Part shown: positions 28,101 through 35,978 of the stretch, piece by piece | Layout of the letters: every line of letters starts with the position of its first letter | How positions within the stretch are numbered: the stretch's first letter is position 1 | Origin: Oscillospiraceae bacterium | GTDB lineage: Bacteria > Bacillota > Clostridia > Oscillospirales > Ruminococcaceae | Direction of reading: 5' to 3' | DNA length: 55,528 nucleotides | NCBI GenBank assembly: GCA_036667055.1 | Contig: JAVWUR010000002.1 | Location: 1 to 55,528 of the forward strand | Made by a program: the position numbers and the translations under genes | The notes under the pieces: model-generated | What the model was told of the DNA's origin: nothing | The model's database searches: none | Seen by the model: the letters and a program-made list of their open reading frames with translations, nothing else

Positions 28101-28224
28101 ATTCCAGCGCCTCGCTGCCATTTTCCGCCTGTAAAATATTGTAGTCTCCTGACAATATCTTTTCCAGCAAGCAGCGATTTACCATATTGTCATCGACTAT
28201 CAATATGTTGGGCTTGTTCGTCAT
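25168..28224 (-). CDS. response regulator with c-di-GMP output: REC, degenerate GGDEF, EAL, PAS-PAS, GGDEF
   Basis: 1018 aa. REC (ILIVDD ... LLDLAMPVMDG ... FIAKP). First cyclase-like domain has SGDIF in place of GGDEF. EAL is intact (GAEALIRW, NVSRV, EITEN, MDDFGSGYSS, KLDMR, AEGVET, GQGYYF). C-terminal domain has RTSD followed by SRLGGDEF. Confidence 0.85.
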   Translation of the reverse strand: MTNKPNILIVDDNMVNRCLLEKILSGDYNILQAENGSEALELLKQEANSISAILLDLAMPVMDGFTFMELAKDLLLHYNIPVIVTTQNDCEDTELEALSLGATDFIAKPYRPRVILKRLENILHLKENSVLRNTVERDALTGIYNQETFFVKSHELMESNSTTQYAIICMDIEHFKLVNELWGTAEGDQLLKAIARELCTITTPDISICARISGDIFGLCMPYYPKIGTVLTDTVEKFIHRYSINLKLNFKFGIYVVDDITLPISGMCDRSKLAIQSIKGKFDATVALYDDSHRKRLIEEQEIISQMRSALTQGQFIPYYQPKYNLITGEIVGAEALIRWIHPTKGIIPPQRFIELFEKNGFISAVDFHIWECVCQHLRKVLDQGKVPLPISVNVSRVDVYNPQLCSFLQELINKYRIEPRFLELEITENSYIDNAEELIKTINDLKKMGFTIEMDDFGSGYSSLNMLSDVPVDVIKLDMRFLQSKNAFSGQRNILNFIVSLAKWLDIQTVAEGVETLEQVSFLRSIGYSVGQGYYFARPMPQEDYEKLAMENQGVSVGATTHAVLSELLDYSEIWNPTSQFNIVFKMFAAPLALWEFADGKLSFLRGNDSLGRSIGFFTDRGMSQLNSNVMTWLTPDEQPKFYDLICKTCKDNSYIETENRWLSLRDEAEEIWLKCKINIIFNDGERAILLVEVNDITAQKNMEEMVQRASSEFLEQQDFFEHVYDSIPCGIVQFHSGSRYFSIKNLNLEMVKILGYSSKDEFWNGECDPLTIIVPKFIPAIKEKVAFLSKQPLGTPTTVEFQIATKQRDIIWVQASVQLVVTPGGEKIYQCVFIDITRTRAKLDSLNQKATKDPLTGLYNRRVFEGEVKAFISSDMVFQGAFLILDIDNFKYINDTFGHQKGDEVLKIVSEILTVTLRTSDIISRLGGDEFAIFLKDLPSEALAVNLAKVLCKRIAKLLKENANVTVTCSIGISLTDGTDISYDELYKNADSALYKAKELGKNQCYLYGQKKEEKK

Positions 28225-28371
28225 CTTACACTCCTTTAAACTCTACAGCTATGTAATGTCGGCTGAATAAAGCGAAAACGCAGTTATATCAATCACTTTC
28301 ACCTGCGTTTGCTCTTTGGGCAGATGTGCCTTGAAAAGTGCATTTGTTCAGTAGATATTATATAATATATA

Positions 28372-28400
28372 ATTTTACATCTTTTAAGTAGAAAATACAA
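28372..28400 (-). promoter_or_regulatory. candidate promoter of the REC/kinase operon
   Basis: On the minus strand: TTGTAT (28400-28395), 17-nt spacer, TAAAAT (28377-28372). This predicts a leader of about 140 nt containing the hairpin AAACGCAG (28276-28283) / CTGCGTTT (28303-28310). Confidence 0.35.
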
Positions 28401-28485
28401 CATATTATTACCTATCCCGGCTATCAAAATGTCTGCCCTTTGGCGGCTATACTTTAACGCACATTGTGACGGCAATAATATACTG

Positions 28486-28514
28486 TTGATTTTTCTAAAG
28501 ACAGATGGTATAAT
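28486..28514 (+). promoter_or_regulatory. near-consensus promoter of the ABC exporter operon
   Basis: TTGATT (28486-28491), 17-nt spacer ending in TGG, TATAAT (28509-28514). Confidence 0.65.
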
Positions 28515-28516
28515 GC

Positions 28517-28538
28517 TATTTAGACACATATCTAAATA
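28517..28538. promoter_or_regulatory. perfect 8-bp inverted repeat (candidate operator) at the predicted transcription start
   Basis: TATTTAGA (28517-28524), spacer cacata, TCTAAATA (28531-28538). It begins 3 nt after the -10 hexamer. Confidence 0.4.
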
Positions 28539-28559
28539 AATATTAAAAGGAATAATACA

Positions 28560-29261
28560 ATGATAAAAATTGAAGGCTTGACAAAATGTTATGGCAATAA
28601 AAACGCAGTAGAAAATCTGTCATTACAGGTAAATGCCGGGGAGCTGTTTGGCTTTATCGGGCCTAACGGAGCCGGCAAAACCACCACTCTAAAGGCAATC
28701 AGCGGAATTTTAGATTTTGATGGGGGCGATATCTTTATAATGGGCTGCTCCATAAAAACCGAACCTATAAAAGCAAAGCGAAACATCGCCTACATTCCCG
28801 ACAATCCGGATATTTACAGCTACATGAAGGGTATTGACTACCTTAATTTCATAGCGGATATATACGGCACCGACATGGAAAAGCGTGGGGAGCTAATAGG
28901 GGATTATGCCGCACAATTTGAAATTTTAGATGTTTTAAATATGCCAATCGGCGGATATTCTCATGGAATGAAACAGAAGCTTGCTATAATTTCTGCCCTT
29001 ATTCACAGCCCTAAGGTGCTGATTTTGGACGAGCCTTTCGTGGGGCTTGACCCCAAAGCCAGCCACACTTTAAAACAGCTAATGCGAAAGCTTTGCGACG
29101 AGGGGGGCTGCATATTTTTCTCCACCCACGTTTTGGAGGTCGCCCAAAGTATCTGTGATAAAATTGCAATAATAAAACAGGGCAAGCTGGTGGTTCAGGG
29201 CGATACCCACAGCGTTTGCAGCGAAAAAAGCCTTGAAGAAATATTTATGGAGCTGGTGTAG
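28560..29261 (+). CDS. ABC transporter ATP-binding protein
   Basis: 233 aa. Walker A GPNGAGKTT, signature YSHGMKQKL, Walker B LILDEPFVGLD, H-loop STH. Confidence 0.9.
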   Translation: MIKIEGLTKCYGNKNAVENLSLQVNAGELFGFIGPNGAGKTTTLKAISGILDFDGGDIFIMGCSIKTEPIKAKRNIAYIPDNPDIYSYMKGIDYLNFIADIYGTDMEKRGELIGDYAAQFEILDVLNMPIGGYSHGMKQKLAIISALIHSPKVLILDEPFVGLDPKASHTLKQLMRKLCDEGGCIFFSTHVLEVAQSICDKIAIIKQGKLVVQGDTHSVCSEKSLEEIFMELV

Positions 29262-29263
29262 CT

Positions 29264-30868
29264 ATGCAAATATTGAAAAAATTGCTTAAAAATGAACTTT
29301 ACAGTCTTTTGAACATGAATAATATGTTTGATACTACAAAGGGCAGAATGAAAAGCCCCGTGCTTGTGACCATAGGCGCACTGCTGTTTGGCGGTCTGTT
29401 GATGGTGCTCAGCGGAATGTACAGCTATCTTTTTGCACTCAGCCTTATCCCCATAGGCGCTATGCACATTCTGCCGGTGGTGATGTTTGCGGCGGGCAGC
29501 TTGGTGGTGTTTTTCTACGGTGCTCTGCGCAGCAGCGGAGCGCTGTTTAACTCAAACGACTACGATTTGCTTATGAGCCTGCCTATACCCCACTCCACCA
29601 TCATATTGGCAAAGCTTATAGCCCTGTATCTTTCCGACCTTGTATTCTCATCGCTTTTCATGCTGCCCTGCCTTGGGGTGTGGTGGTATTTTCAGCGTCC
29701 GGACTTTATTAGCCTTGCGCTGGCGCTTTTGTGCCTGCCATTTATACCTGCCATCCCCATAATTTTAGCCACCATCATCGGAACTACAGTGGCATTTTTA
29801 GCGGGGCGCTCTCGCCACAAAGCACTGGTGAGCATACTGGCAAATTTAGCACTGGTGTTCGGCGCCATGGGGCTTGTTATGATGTTGGAAAAATCTGCCA
29901 ACCCCGAGATGGTAATTGGCGGATATACTATGGCTATGCAGGAGCTGGTTCTCGCCCAATACCCACCGGCACGGCTGTTTTTCAGCGCTAGTCAAGGGAA
30001 CGTTATGGGCTTTATCGCCTTTGCCCTCATATCCATGGCGGTGCTTGCGGTATTTACATTTTTGGTGGCAAGGGTATTTAAATCCATCCATTCAAAGCTC
30101 GCAAGTGTCACCATGAAAGCCTCCACAGCAAAGCTTGCGTATTCAAAAAGTGGCAGCTTTGCCGCTCTTTTAAAGCGAGAGCTTCGCCGCTTTTTGTCCT
30201 CAAGCGTCTACTTTATCAACTGCGGTATCGGCGCTTTAATGGGGCTTGGAGGGCTTATCTATGTTGTGCTTTTTGGGGGAGAATATATCGAGCTAATCAA
30301 CGCCACCCCCATGATTTACCCCACTGTTTTGGCTATCCTTCCAACCGTTGCCGGAATTTTCTCCTCCATTAGCTGCACTAGCGCCGTGAGCGTATCCCTA
30401 GAGGGGCAAAGCCTGTGGGTGATAAAGCAGCTGCCAGTCAGCGGCTACAGCGTATTTATCTCTAAAATTATATTCAATTTATTTTTGACGGTGCCCGTCA
30501 GCCTGTCCATCTCGATAGCAGGGATTTTTATGCTGAATATCCGTGGATTTTACGCTTTAATTGTATTGATATATCCTCTTATAGTGTGCGTATTTATGGC
30601 ATATGCAGGTCTGGTGGTCAACTTAAAGTTCCCCAGTTTTAACTGGACAAGTGAAACTAAGGTTGTAAAGCAAAGCGCCTCAATGGGCATTGTCACCGTC
30701 TGTGGAATGGCGCTTGCAGGAGTGACCTTTTCCCTTGTAACCTTTGTTTTTTCACAGGAAAATGCATACATAGCCTATCTTATAGCCGCCATTACAATGT
30801 CGGCGGCGGTGTTTGTGTGGAACGGTTACCTGAAAAAGAATAGCGAGAGGATATTGCTGAGATTTTAA
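29264..30868 (+). CDS. polytopic ABC exporter permease (putative ABC-exporter / ABC-2-like family)
   Basis: 534 aa with about 12 TM segments. Starts 2 nt after the ATPase stop. No recognisable substrate-specific motif. Confidence 0.6.
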   Translation: MQILKKLLKNELYSLLNMNNMFDTTKGRMKSPVLVTIGALLFGGLLMVLSGMYSYLFALSLIPIGAMHILPVVMFAAGSLVVFFYGALRSSGALFNSNDYDLLMSLPIPHSTIILAKLIALYLSDLVFSSLFMLPCLGVWWYFQRPDFISLALALLCLPFIPAIPIILATIIGTTVAFLAGRSRHKALVSILANLALVFGAMGLVMMLEKSANPEMVIGGYTMAMQELVLAQYPPARLFFSASQGNVMGFIAFALISMAVLAVFTFLVARVFKSIHSKLASVTMKASTAKLAYSKSGSFAALLKRELRRFLSSSVYFINCGIGALMGLGGLIYVVLFGGEYIELINATPMIYPTVLAILPTVAGIFSSISCTSAVSVSLEGQSLWVIKQLPVSGYSVFISKIIFNLFLTVPVSLSISIAGIFMLNIRGFYALIVLIYPLIVCVFMAYAGLVVNLKFPSFNWTSETKVVKQSASMGIVTVCGMALAGVTFSLVTFVFSQENAYIAYLIAAITMSAAVFVWNGYLKKNSERILLRF

Positions 30869-30933
30869 GGGGCAAGAAAAAAGGGCACAAGACGATTTTT
30901 CTCTTTCGTCTCATTCCCCCACATAAGTAGGTA

Positions 30934-30973
30934 AAATAGCCCAAGCTTTCAATTGCGAAAGCTTGGGCTATTT
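30934..30973. terminator. bidirectional intrinsic terminator between the ABC operon and the cyclase gene
   Basis: Perfect 17-bp stem AAATAGCCCAAGCTTTC (30934-30950) pairs with GAAAGCTTGGGCTATTT (30957-30973). Loop AATTGC. Confidence 0.85.
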
Positions 30974-30974
30974 G

Positions 30975-31042
30975 TATATCTATGCATTTATTTGCGCATT
31001 TATCCATGCATTTATCTATGCATCTATTTGTGTATGTATCCT
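30975..31042. repeat. 12-nt degenerate tandem array, about 5 units (GCATTTAT core)
   Basis: GCATTTA at 30984, 30996 and 31008, GCATCTA at 31020, GTATGTA at 31032. The period is exactly 12 nt. Confidence 0.85.
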
Positions 31043-31058
31043 GTACAGTGTAAAAAAA

Positions 31059-33554
31059 TCATATGGCAAATTGATTTTTACCGTTATTCTTTGCCCGATA
31101 CAAAGCTTGGTCAGCATTTTTATACAAAGGGATGAAACCATCTCCGTCCTTGGGGTAAAAAGCAATTCCGGCGGATATGGATAGGCTCATGGCGCTACAT
31201 TCTATAAGCGAGACTTTATCCACTATGGTTTGGGCACGCCTGCGTATTGGCTCTTCGTCCCATACGCCGGGCATATATACGATAAACTCGTCGCCCCCAA
31301 GCCTTGCAACAATGTCTTTATCTCGAAACAGCGCCGACAGAGCATCTGCCACGCTTATGAGCATATCATCTCCGGCACTGTGTCCCATCGTGTCATTGAT
31401 GGACTTAAAATCGTCAATATCTATAATGAATAAAGCGCCTGTAGGGACGTCTGCCATAAGATTTTGGATTAAAGCTTCGGCGGTTCTCCGATTGTAAAGA
31501 CCCGTTAAAGTGTCTTTTTTAGCAAGATTTTCAATTTCCAGCAGCTTGTTTTTCTCACTGTTAATGTCGGATAAAACTCCAATTACAGTGATTATTTTTC
31601 CATTTTCATCCACCACAGCGGAGGAGCGGCTGCGGCACCAAAAGTAAGCGTCCTCACGGTTTTTTAAACGATATTCCCCCACAGCGCACAGTGCGCCCTT
31701 ATCATAGCTTCGATATAATTCCAGATAGGTGTCCACATCGTCGGGATGAATGTTGCAAACTACCTTAGGGTTTACGGGGAAATCTTCCCCTACGGCGGTG
31801 CGCTGGAGATACAATTCAAAGTTTTTTGAATATTCAATTTCCTTTGTCTGATAGTTCCACTCAAAGATAATATCCTTTGTTTGAGACATAACCAGTTCAT
31901 AGCGTTTTTGCTGTAAGGAGAGCTGGTCATTGATTTTTTTAAGGCTGAGGGCGCTCTTTTTTCGCCCGTCAGAGATCTTTATCACTAGGAAAAAGCATAA
32001 CGCCACAATAAAAGCCAATAGGAGCGTTTCTACCCCATATTGGTACAGCGTGTCGGAAGCGTTGGGCACATAGCTTGCATTGGCAATTTGAGCGATAACA
32101 ATGTCCTCCACCGTCTCCTTTGGGAGCACAGAGATGGACTTATTTATAACGGACATCAAGGTGGGGTCGTCACCATTAAGCCCCACTATTACCTCCGGCT
32201 CTACAATGGAGTATCCGGAAAACGCCTTTAGCTTGGAAAACGCCGGCTTTTGCAGATAGTAGGAGGCAAGGTATTCATCGCACATGATAACGTCTGCGTC
32301 CCCTCTAAAAACCGAGTAAAAACCCTCCAAAATAGAGTCTACCGGCACAGGGACAAGATTGGGGTACTCTTTTGACAGATAATAATTTGTAGCCTTTGCG
32401 GTTTTTGGGGCGGCAACTCGCAGTGCATTTTCCGTGTCAAGCAGAGGGTTTGACCTGCCTACAAACACCATTTTGCTGGTGAAATAAGGGGTAGATATTC
32501 TGAAATTGCTATTTTTAAAATAATCGCCTAAATCGGGCGGGCCACACACAATGCGAGTTTCTCCGCTTAAAAGAGTGTCCGTCAAGGCGATATTTTGGGT
32601 TATCGGCACATACTCAAAAGTCAGTCCGGAAATTTTTCCAAGCTCATTTAAAAGGCTGTAATTTATACCCGATGGCTCTCCGGTTTTAGAGTTTACAAAG
32701 GATATGGGAATTCTGTCCGACCATATCGCCACCTTTACAGGGGCGCATTTTTGAATAAAATCGTGCTCTTGACGGGTGAACATGGGCTGGGTTGCCGCAA
32801 GGCTGTTGCTATAATATTTCTTATATAATGCGCCGTCAAATTCCGGTGTGTCCGACTTGATGGCACTCAGCGCCCGAACCAAGGAGGGGTATAGCCCCGA
32901 ATTGTTAGCCGTCAAAATATATATGGGGTTGGAGCCATGCTTGGCAATTAATTTCAAGTTGTCATAGGGGGCAAGATGGACGGTGGAAATAATATCCACC
33001 TCGCCATCATACAGCGCCTTTTCCATGGCATCATCGCTTGTAAAATATATGGGGGTAAAGCTAAACCCGTTTCGCTGAGAATATTCCTTTAGGAAATGGC
33101 TGTTGGCACTGCCCTCAATAACCCCGATGAGCTTGCCGTCAAAGCCCTCAAAATCATCAAAATACAAATCCGTTTCGGGCAGGCAGTACAGTACAAACTG
33201 TTCGATGCCGATAGAGTATTGTGAAAGAGAAAAATCTTCCTTAACACGGCGGCTTTGGGTGGCGTTGCACATCAAATCCACCTCGCCCGACTGAAGCTTG
33301 TCCAGCACCGAGCCCCACTCACAGTAAACATATTCATAGTTCCAGTTGGTATAACGGGCAATCTCCTGTAGGTAGTCAACCCCATAGCCGGAAAATTCTC
33401 CGCTCTCTGTCTTTTGAATAAAATTGTAATAATCGGTATATCCTACCCGCACCTTGCGTGGCGTATAATCGTCCCCTTGAAGGGCATAGGCAGGCAGCGA
33501 CAACGCCAAACAAAAAAACAGCATCGCTGCGAAAATATTTACAAGCTGTTTCAT
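31059..33554 (-). CDS. diguanylate cyclase with dual SBP_bac_3-like periplasmic sensor, TM, PAS and GGDEF
   Basis: 831 aa. Signal peptide. The sensor region is paralogous to that of the hybrid kinase (shared SGYGVDYL, YEYVY, LKLI, KYYS blocks). PAS domain has IIFEWNYQTKE...IHPDD...YDKGA. RDKD I-site followed by ARLGGDEF. Confidence 0.85.
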   Translation of the reverse strand: MKQLVNIFAAMLFFCLALSLPAYALQGDDYTPRKVRVGYTDYYNFIQKTESGEFSGYGVDYLQEIARYTNWNYEYVYCEWGSVLDKLQSGEVDLMCNATQSRRVKEDFSLSQYSIGIEQFVLYCLPETDLYFDDFEGFDGKLIGVIEGSANSHFLKEYSQRNGFSFTPIYFTSDDAMEKALYDGEVDIISTVHLAPYDNLKLIAKHGSNPIYILTANNSGLYPSLVRALSAIKSDTPEFDGALYKKYYSNSLAATQPMFTRQEHDFIQKCAPVKVAIWSDRIPISFVNSKTGEPSGINYSLLNELGKISGLTFEYVPITQNIALTDTLLSGETRIVCGPPDLGDYFKNSNFRISTPYFTSKMVFVGRSNPLLDTENALRVAAPKTAKATNYYLSKEYPNLVPVPVDSILEGFYSVFRGDADVIMCDEYLASYYLQKPAFSKLKAFSGYSIVEPEVIVGLNGDDPTLMSVINKSISVLPKETVEDIVIAQIANASYVPNASDTLYQYGVETLLLAFIVALCFFLVIKISDGRKKSALSLKKINDQLSLQQKRYELVMSQTKDIIFEWNYQTKEIEYSKNFELYLQRTAVGEDFPVNPKVVCNIHPDDVDTYLELYRSYDKGALCAVGEYRLKNREDAYFWCRSRSSAVVDENGKIITVIGVLSDINSEKNKLLEIENLAKKDTLTGLYNRRTAEALIQNLMADVPTGALFIIDIDDFKSINDTMGHSAGDDMLISVADALSALFRDKDIVARLGGDEFIVYMPGVWDEEPIRRRAQTIVDKVSLIECSAMSLSISAGIAFYPKDGDGFIPLYKNADQALYRAKNNGKNQFAI

Positions 33555-33738
33555 TCTCTGTGCCCTCCTGTCTTTTTTTTAAAGTAAAGCATACCACTTA
33601 AAGCTAGAATAATCAATGGTTTACAGCGATTTTCAAAGCAAAAATGGGATATATGCCAAAACGGACATTTCCGAATTGAATTTTGAGCAGCGTGGCAATA
33701 AAAACCTAAAACACATAGCAATATAAGCTTTAGCTATG

Positions 33739-34767
33739 CTAGAAATAAAATTTATATGCCGTTTTATGGTGGTACTTCTCCCCTTTTTTCAGCAGCATAG
33801 AGGGCAGGTGAGAAAATTCCAGTGAGCTTGGGGGCTGGTGAGTCTCGATACAAATTCCACTGTTTTCGTAAAGTTCGACAGATTTTGCCACCATGGTGGG
33901 TATATAATTACCTGTGTAAATCTGCGCCCCCGCTTGGTCGGTAAAGATATCCATTTTTAAGCTGTCATCGGCGGCGCAAAGAGTGCCAAAGCGGCGGTAC
34001 TCCGTTATGCCGTTGTCGCAGAAGAAATAATGGTCGATACCCTTTATTGTAGGGCGCTTTTCCTTTTGCGAGGATATCCGCTGCCCCAGCATTGTGGGAG
34101 CCGAAAAATCAAAATCCGTGTCTATGGTGGGCAAAACTCTGCCATTTGCAACGCCCTTATCATCAATTTCCATGTAAAATTTTGAATTTAATTGCAGGCG
34201 GCAGGATTTTATATCCCCCTTACCCTCAAGATTAAAATAGGAATGATTGGTGATGGAAACAGGGCAGGTCTTGGTGGTGGCGGCGGAATACTCTATAAGC
34301 AGCAGCCCACGGGAAAAAGTGTACCTGACGCTCAGCCCGAGACACCCGGGAAAGCCCTCCTGTCCGTCATCGCTAAGATAGGAGAACACCATATAGTTGT
34401 CCCCGGCGTCCGTCAAGTCAAAAAACTGTTTGTCAAAGCCGTCTGCACCCCCATGGAGACAGTTGCCCTTGTCATTTTGGGCTAGGGAATATTCCACAGC
34501 ATCCACAAAAAAGTGTCCGCCCTTTATACGGTTGGCAACTCTGCCGCACACCGCCCCAAAGTAGGTTCGCCCCTCCTCCTTTTCATATTGAGAAAGGTTG
34601 TCAAAGCCCAACACAACGTCCACCAATTTGCCCTGTTTGTTTTTAACTTTAAGGCTTTGTATTGTAGCACCATAGTTTAAAACGCTAAGGGAATTGTCAC
34701 CGTCCGCTATTGTGTAACGGAAAATTTCATTCCCATTTTTATCTTTTCCAAAGCGAGCTTTCTCCAT
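33739..34767 (-). CDS. galM: aldose 1-epimerase (galactose mutarotase)
   Basis: 342 aa. Blocks FGAVCGRVANRI, LHGG, ITNHSYFNLEG and ICIETHQPP are typical of mutarotases. Confidence 0.85.
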   Translation of the reverse strand: MEKARFGKDKNGNEIFRYTIADGDNSLSVLNYGATIQSLKVKNKQGKLVDVVLGFDNLSQYEKEEGRTYFGAVCGRVANRIKGGHFFVDAVEYSLAQNDKGNCLHGGADGFDKQFFDLTDAGDNYMVFSYLSDDGQEGFPGCLGLSVRYTFSRGLLLIEYSAATTKTCPVSITNHSYFNLEGKGDIKSCRLQLNSKFYMEIDDKGVANGRVLPTIDTDFDFSAPTMLGQRISSQKEKRPTIKGIDHYFFCDNGITEYRRFGTLCAADDSLKMDIFTDQAGAQIYTGNYIPTMVAKSVELYENSGICIETHQPPSSLEFSHLPSMLLKKGEKYHHKTAYKFYF

Positions 34768-34970
34768 AATAAAACCTCCATAAAATGTCCATATTTTATA
34801 TACATATTGCCATTGTAATATCTATATAATACCAATATAATCTTTATATGGCAATGGAAAATTGAAATTAAGTGAAAAATGCGTGTTTTATTATTTTGTC
34901 CTGCGAATATGCTTGAAATTAGTTGGGATTTATTATATAATTAGTACCTTAGAGAAAGGGGTGTGATATA

Positions 34971-35930
34971 TTGGCAAAGTACATGTCACCCGAAGCAAAA
35001 ATTAAAAGAGCAAGGCGCCGTCGAGCAAAGCGCTTGGCAATGGTTATGTCACTTGCGGCATTTGTGCTCATAACGGCATATGGAATAGTTTTGTTAGTGG
35101 AACATTTCAGCACCAGCGAAAAGGATCCACCGCTTATAAATCCATCCCAGACAATGCAGCCCAATGGAGATCTTGAAAACCAAGGGGCGTGGGCGACACA
35201 TCAAGGGCCGGTTCAGCAAACGATAAACAACTTTGAAGTCATATCTCCCGACCATCGTATGATACAACTGCCGGAAAATGGCAGCGTGGATATAAGTTAT
35301 TTTGACAACGCAACCTTCGTGGGGGACTCTCTCACCGAGGGGCTGAGAATTTACCCGAACATTTCAAACTCCGTGGTGGGACACGCACAGTTTGTCTCCA
35401 CAAAAAGCTTAAGCCCCAAAAGCTTTATTGATGGGGTAATCACCTTTGAGGGCAACTACCGCCCCGAGCAAAATGGCATTGACGCCATCTGCGAAACCTA
35501 TCCCGGCAAACTGTATATCACCCTTGGCACCAATGCCTTGGTGTCTATGACGGACGAGCAGTTTATGTACTACTACAACCAAATGCTGGATATATTGAAG
35601 GAGCGACTGCCCGGCGCCTTGATTTATGTGTGTAGCATCACCCCGACCACCGCTGAATACGCCGCAAAAAAGCCCAACTTTTCTTGGGATAGAGTATACG
35701 GCGTGAACAGTCAAATCGCCAAAATGTGCAATGAAAAAGGGATGTATTACATCAATCTTCACGAGGCATTGGCGGATGAAAGCGGATTTTTGCGGGCGGA
35801 TATTGCGGCAGGAGACGGTATTCACCTAAAGCCGGAGGGCTACACCATGTGGGTGGAATATCTTATGAAGCACACTATACATCGTCCGGACAACCCATAT
35901 TTCCCCGGCTCACCCTATTATAAAGGCTAA
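34971..35930 (+). CDS. membrane-anchored SGNH/GDSL hydrolase family protein
   Basis: 319 aa. N-terminal basic segment plus TM helix. Block I FVGDSLTEG, block III LGTN, block V GDGIHLKPEGY. TTG start after GGGGTG; ATG 34983 is an alternative. Confidence 0.8.
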   Translation: MAKYMSPEAKIKRARRRRAKRLAMVMSLAAFVLITAYGIVLLVEHFSTSEKDPPLINPSQTMQPNGDLENQGAWATHQGPVQQTINNFEVISPDHRMIQLPENGSVDISYFDNATFVGDSLTEGLRIYPNISNSVVGHAQFVSTKSLSPKSFIDGVITFEGNYRPEQNGIDAICETYPGKLYITLGTNALVSMTDEQFMYYYNQMLDILKERLPGALIYVCSITPTTAEYAAKKPNFSWDRVYGVNSQIAKMCNEKGMYYINLHEALADESGFLRADIAAGDGIHLKPEGYTMWVEYLMKHTIHRPDNPYFPGSPYYKG

Positions 35931-35936
35931 AAAAAC

Positions 35937-35978
35937 TCTCGGCGGCAGCCTTGGCTTGCCACCGAGACACTTTTTTTT
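35937..35978 (+). terminator. intrinsic terminator after the SGNH gene
   Basis: Stem CTCTCGGCGGCAGCC / GGCTTGCCACCGAGAC with one mismatch, followed by T8 (35971-35978). Confidence 0.75.

Noticed and set aside
30953-31184. Two short ORFs with CIYL/FICAFIHAFIYA repeats
   Set aside because: They are translation artefacts of the 12-nt array and overlap the 3' end of the cyclase gene on the opposite strand.
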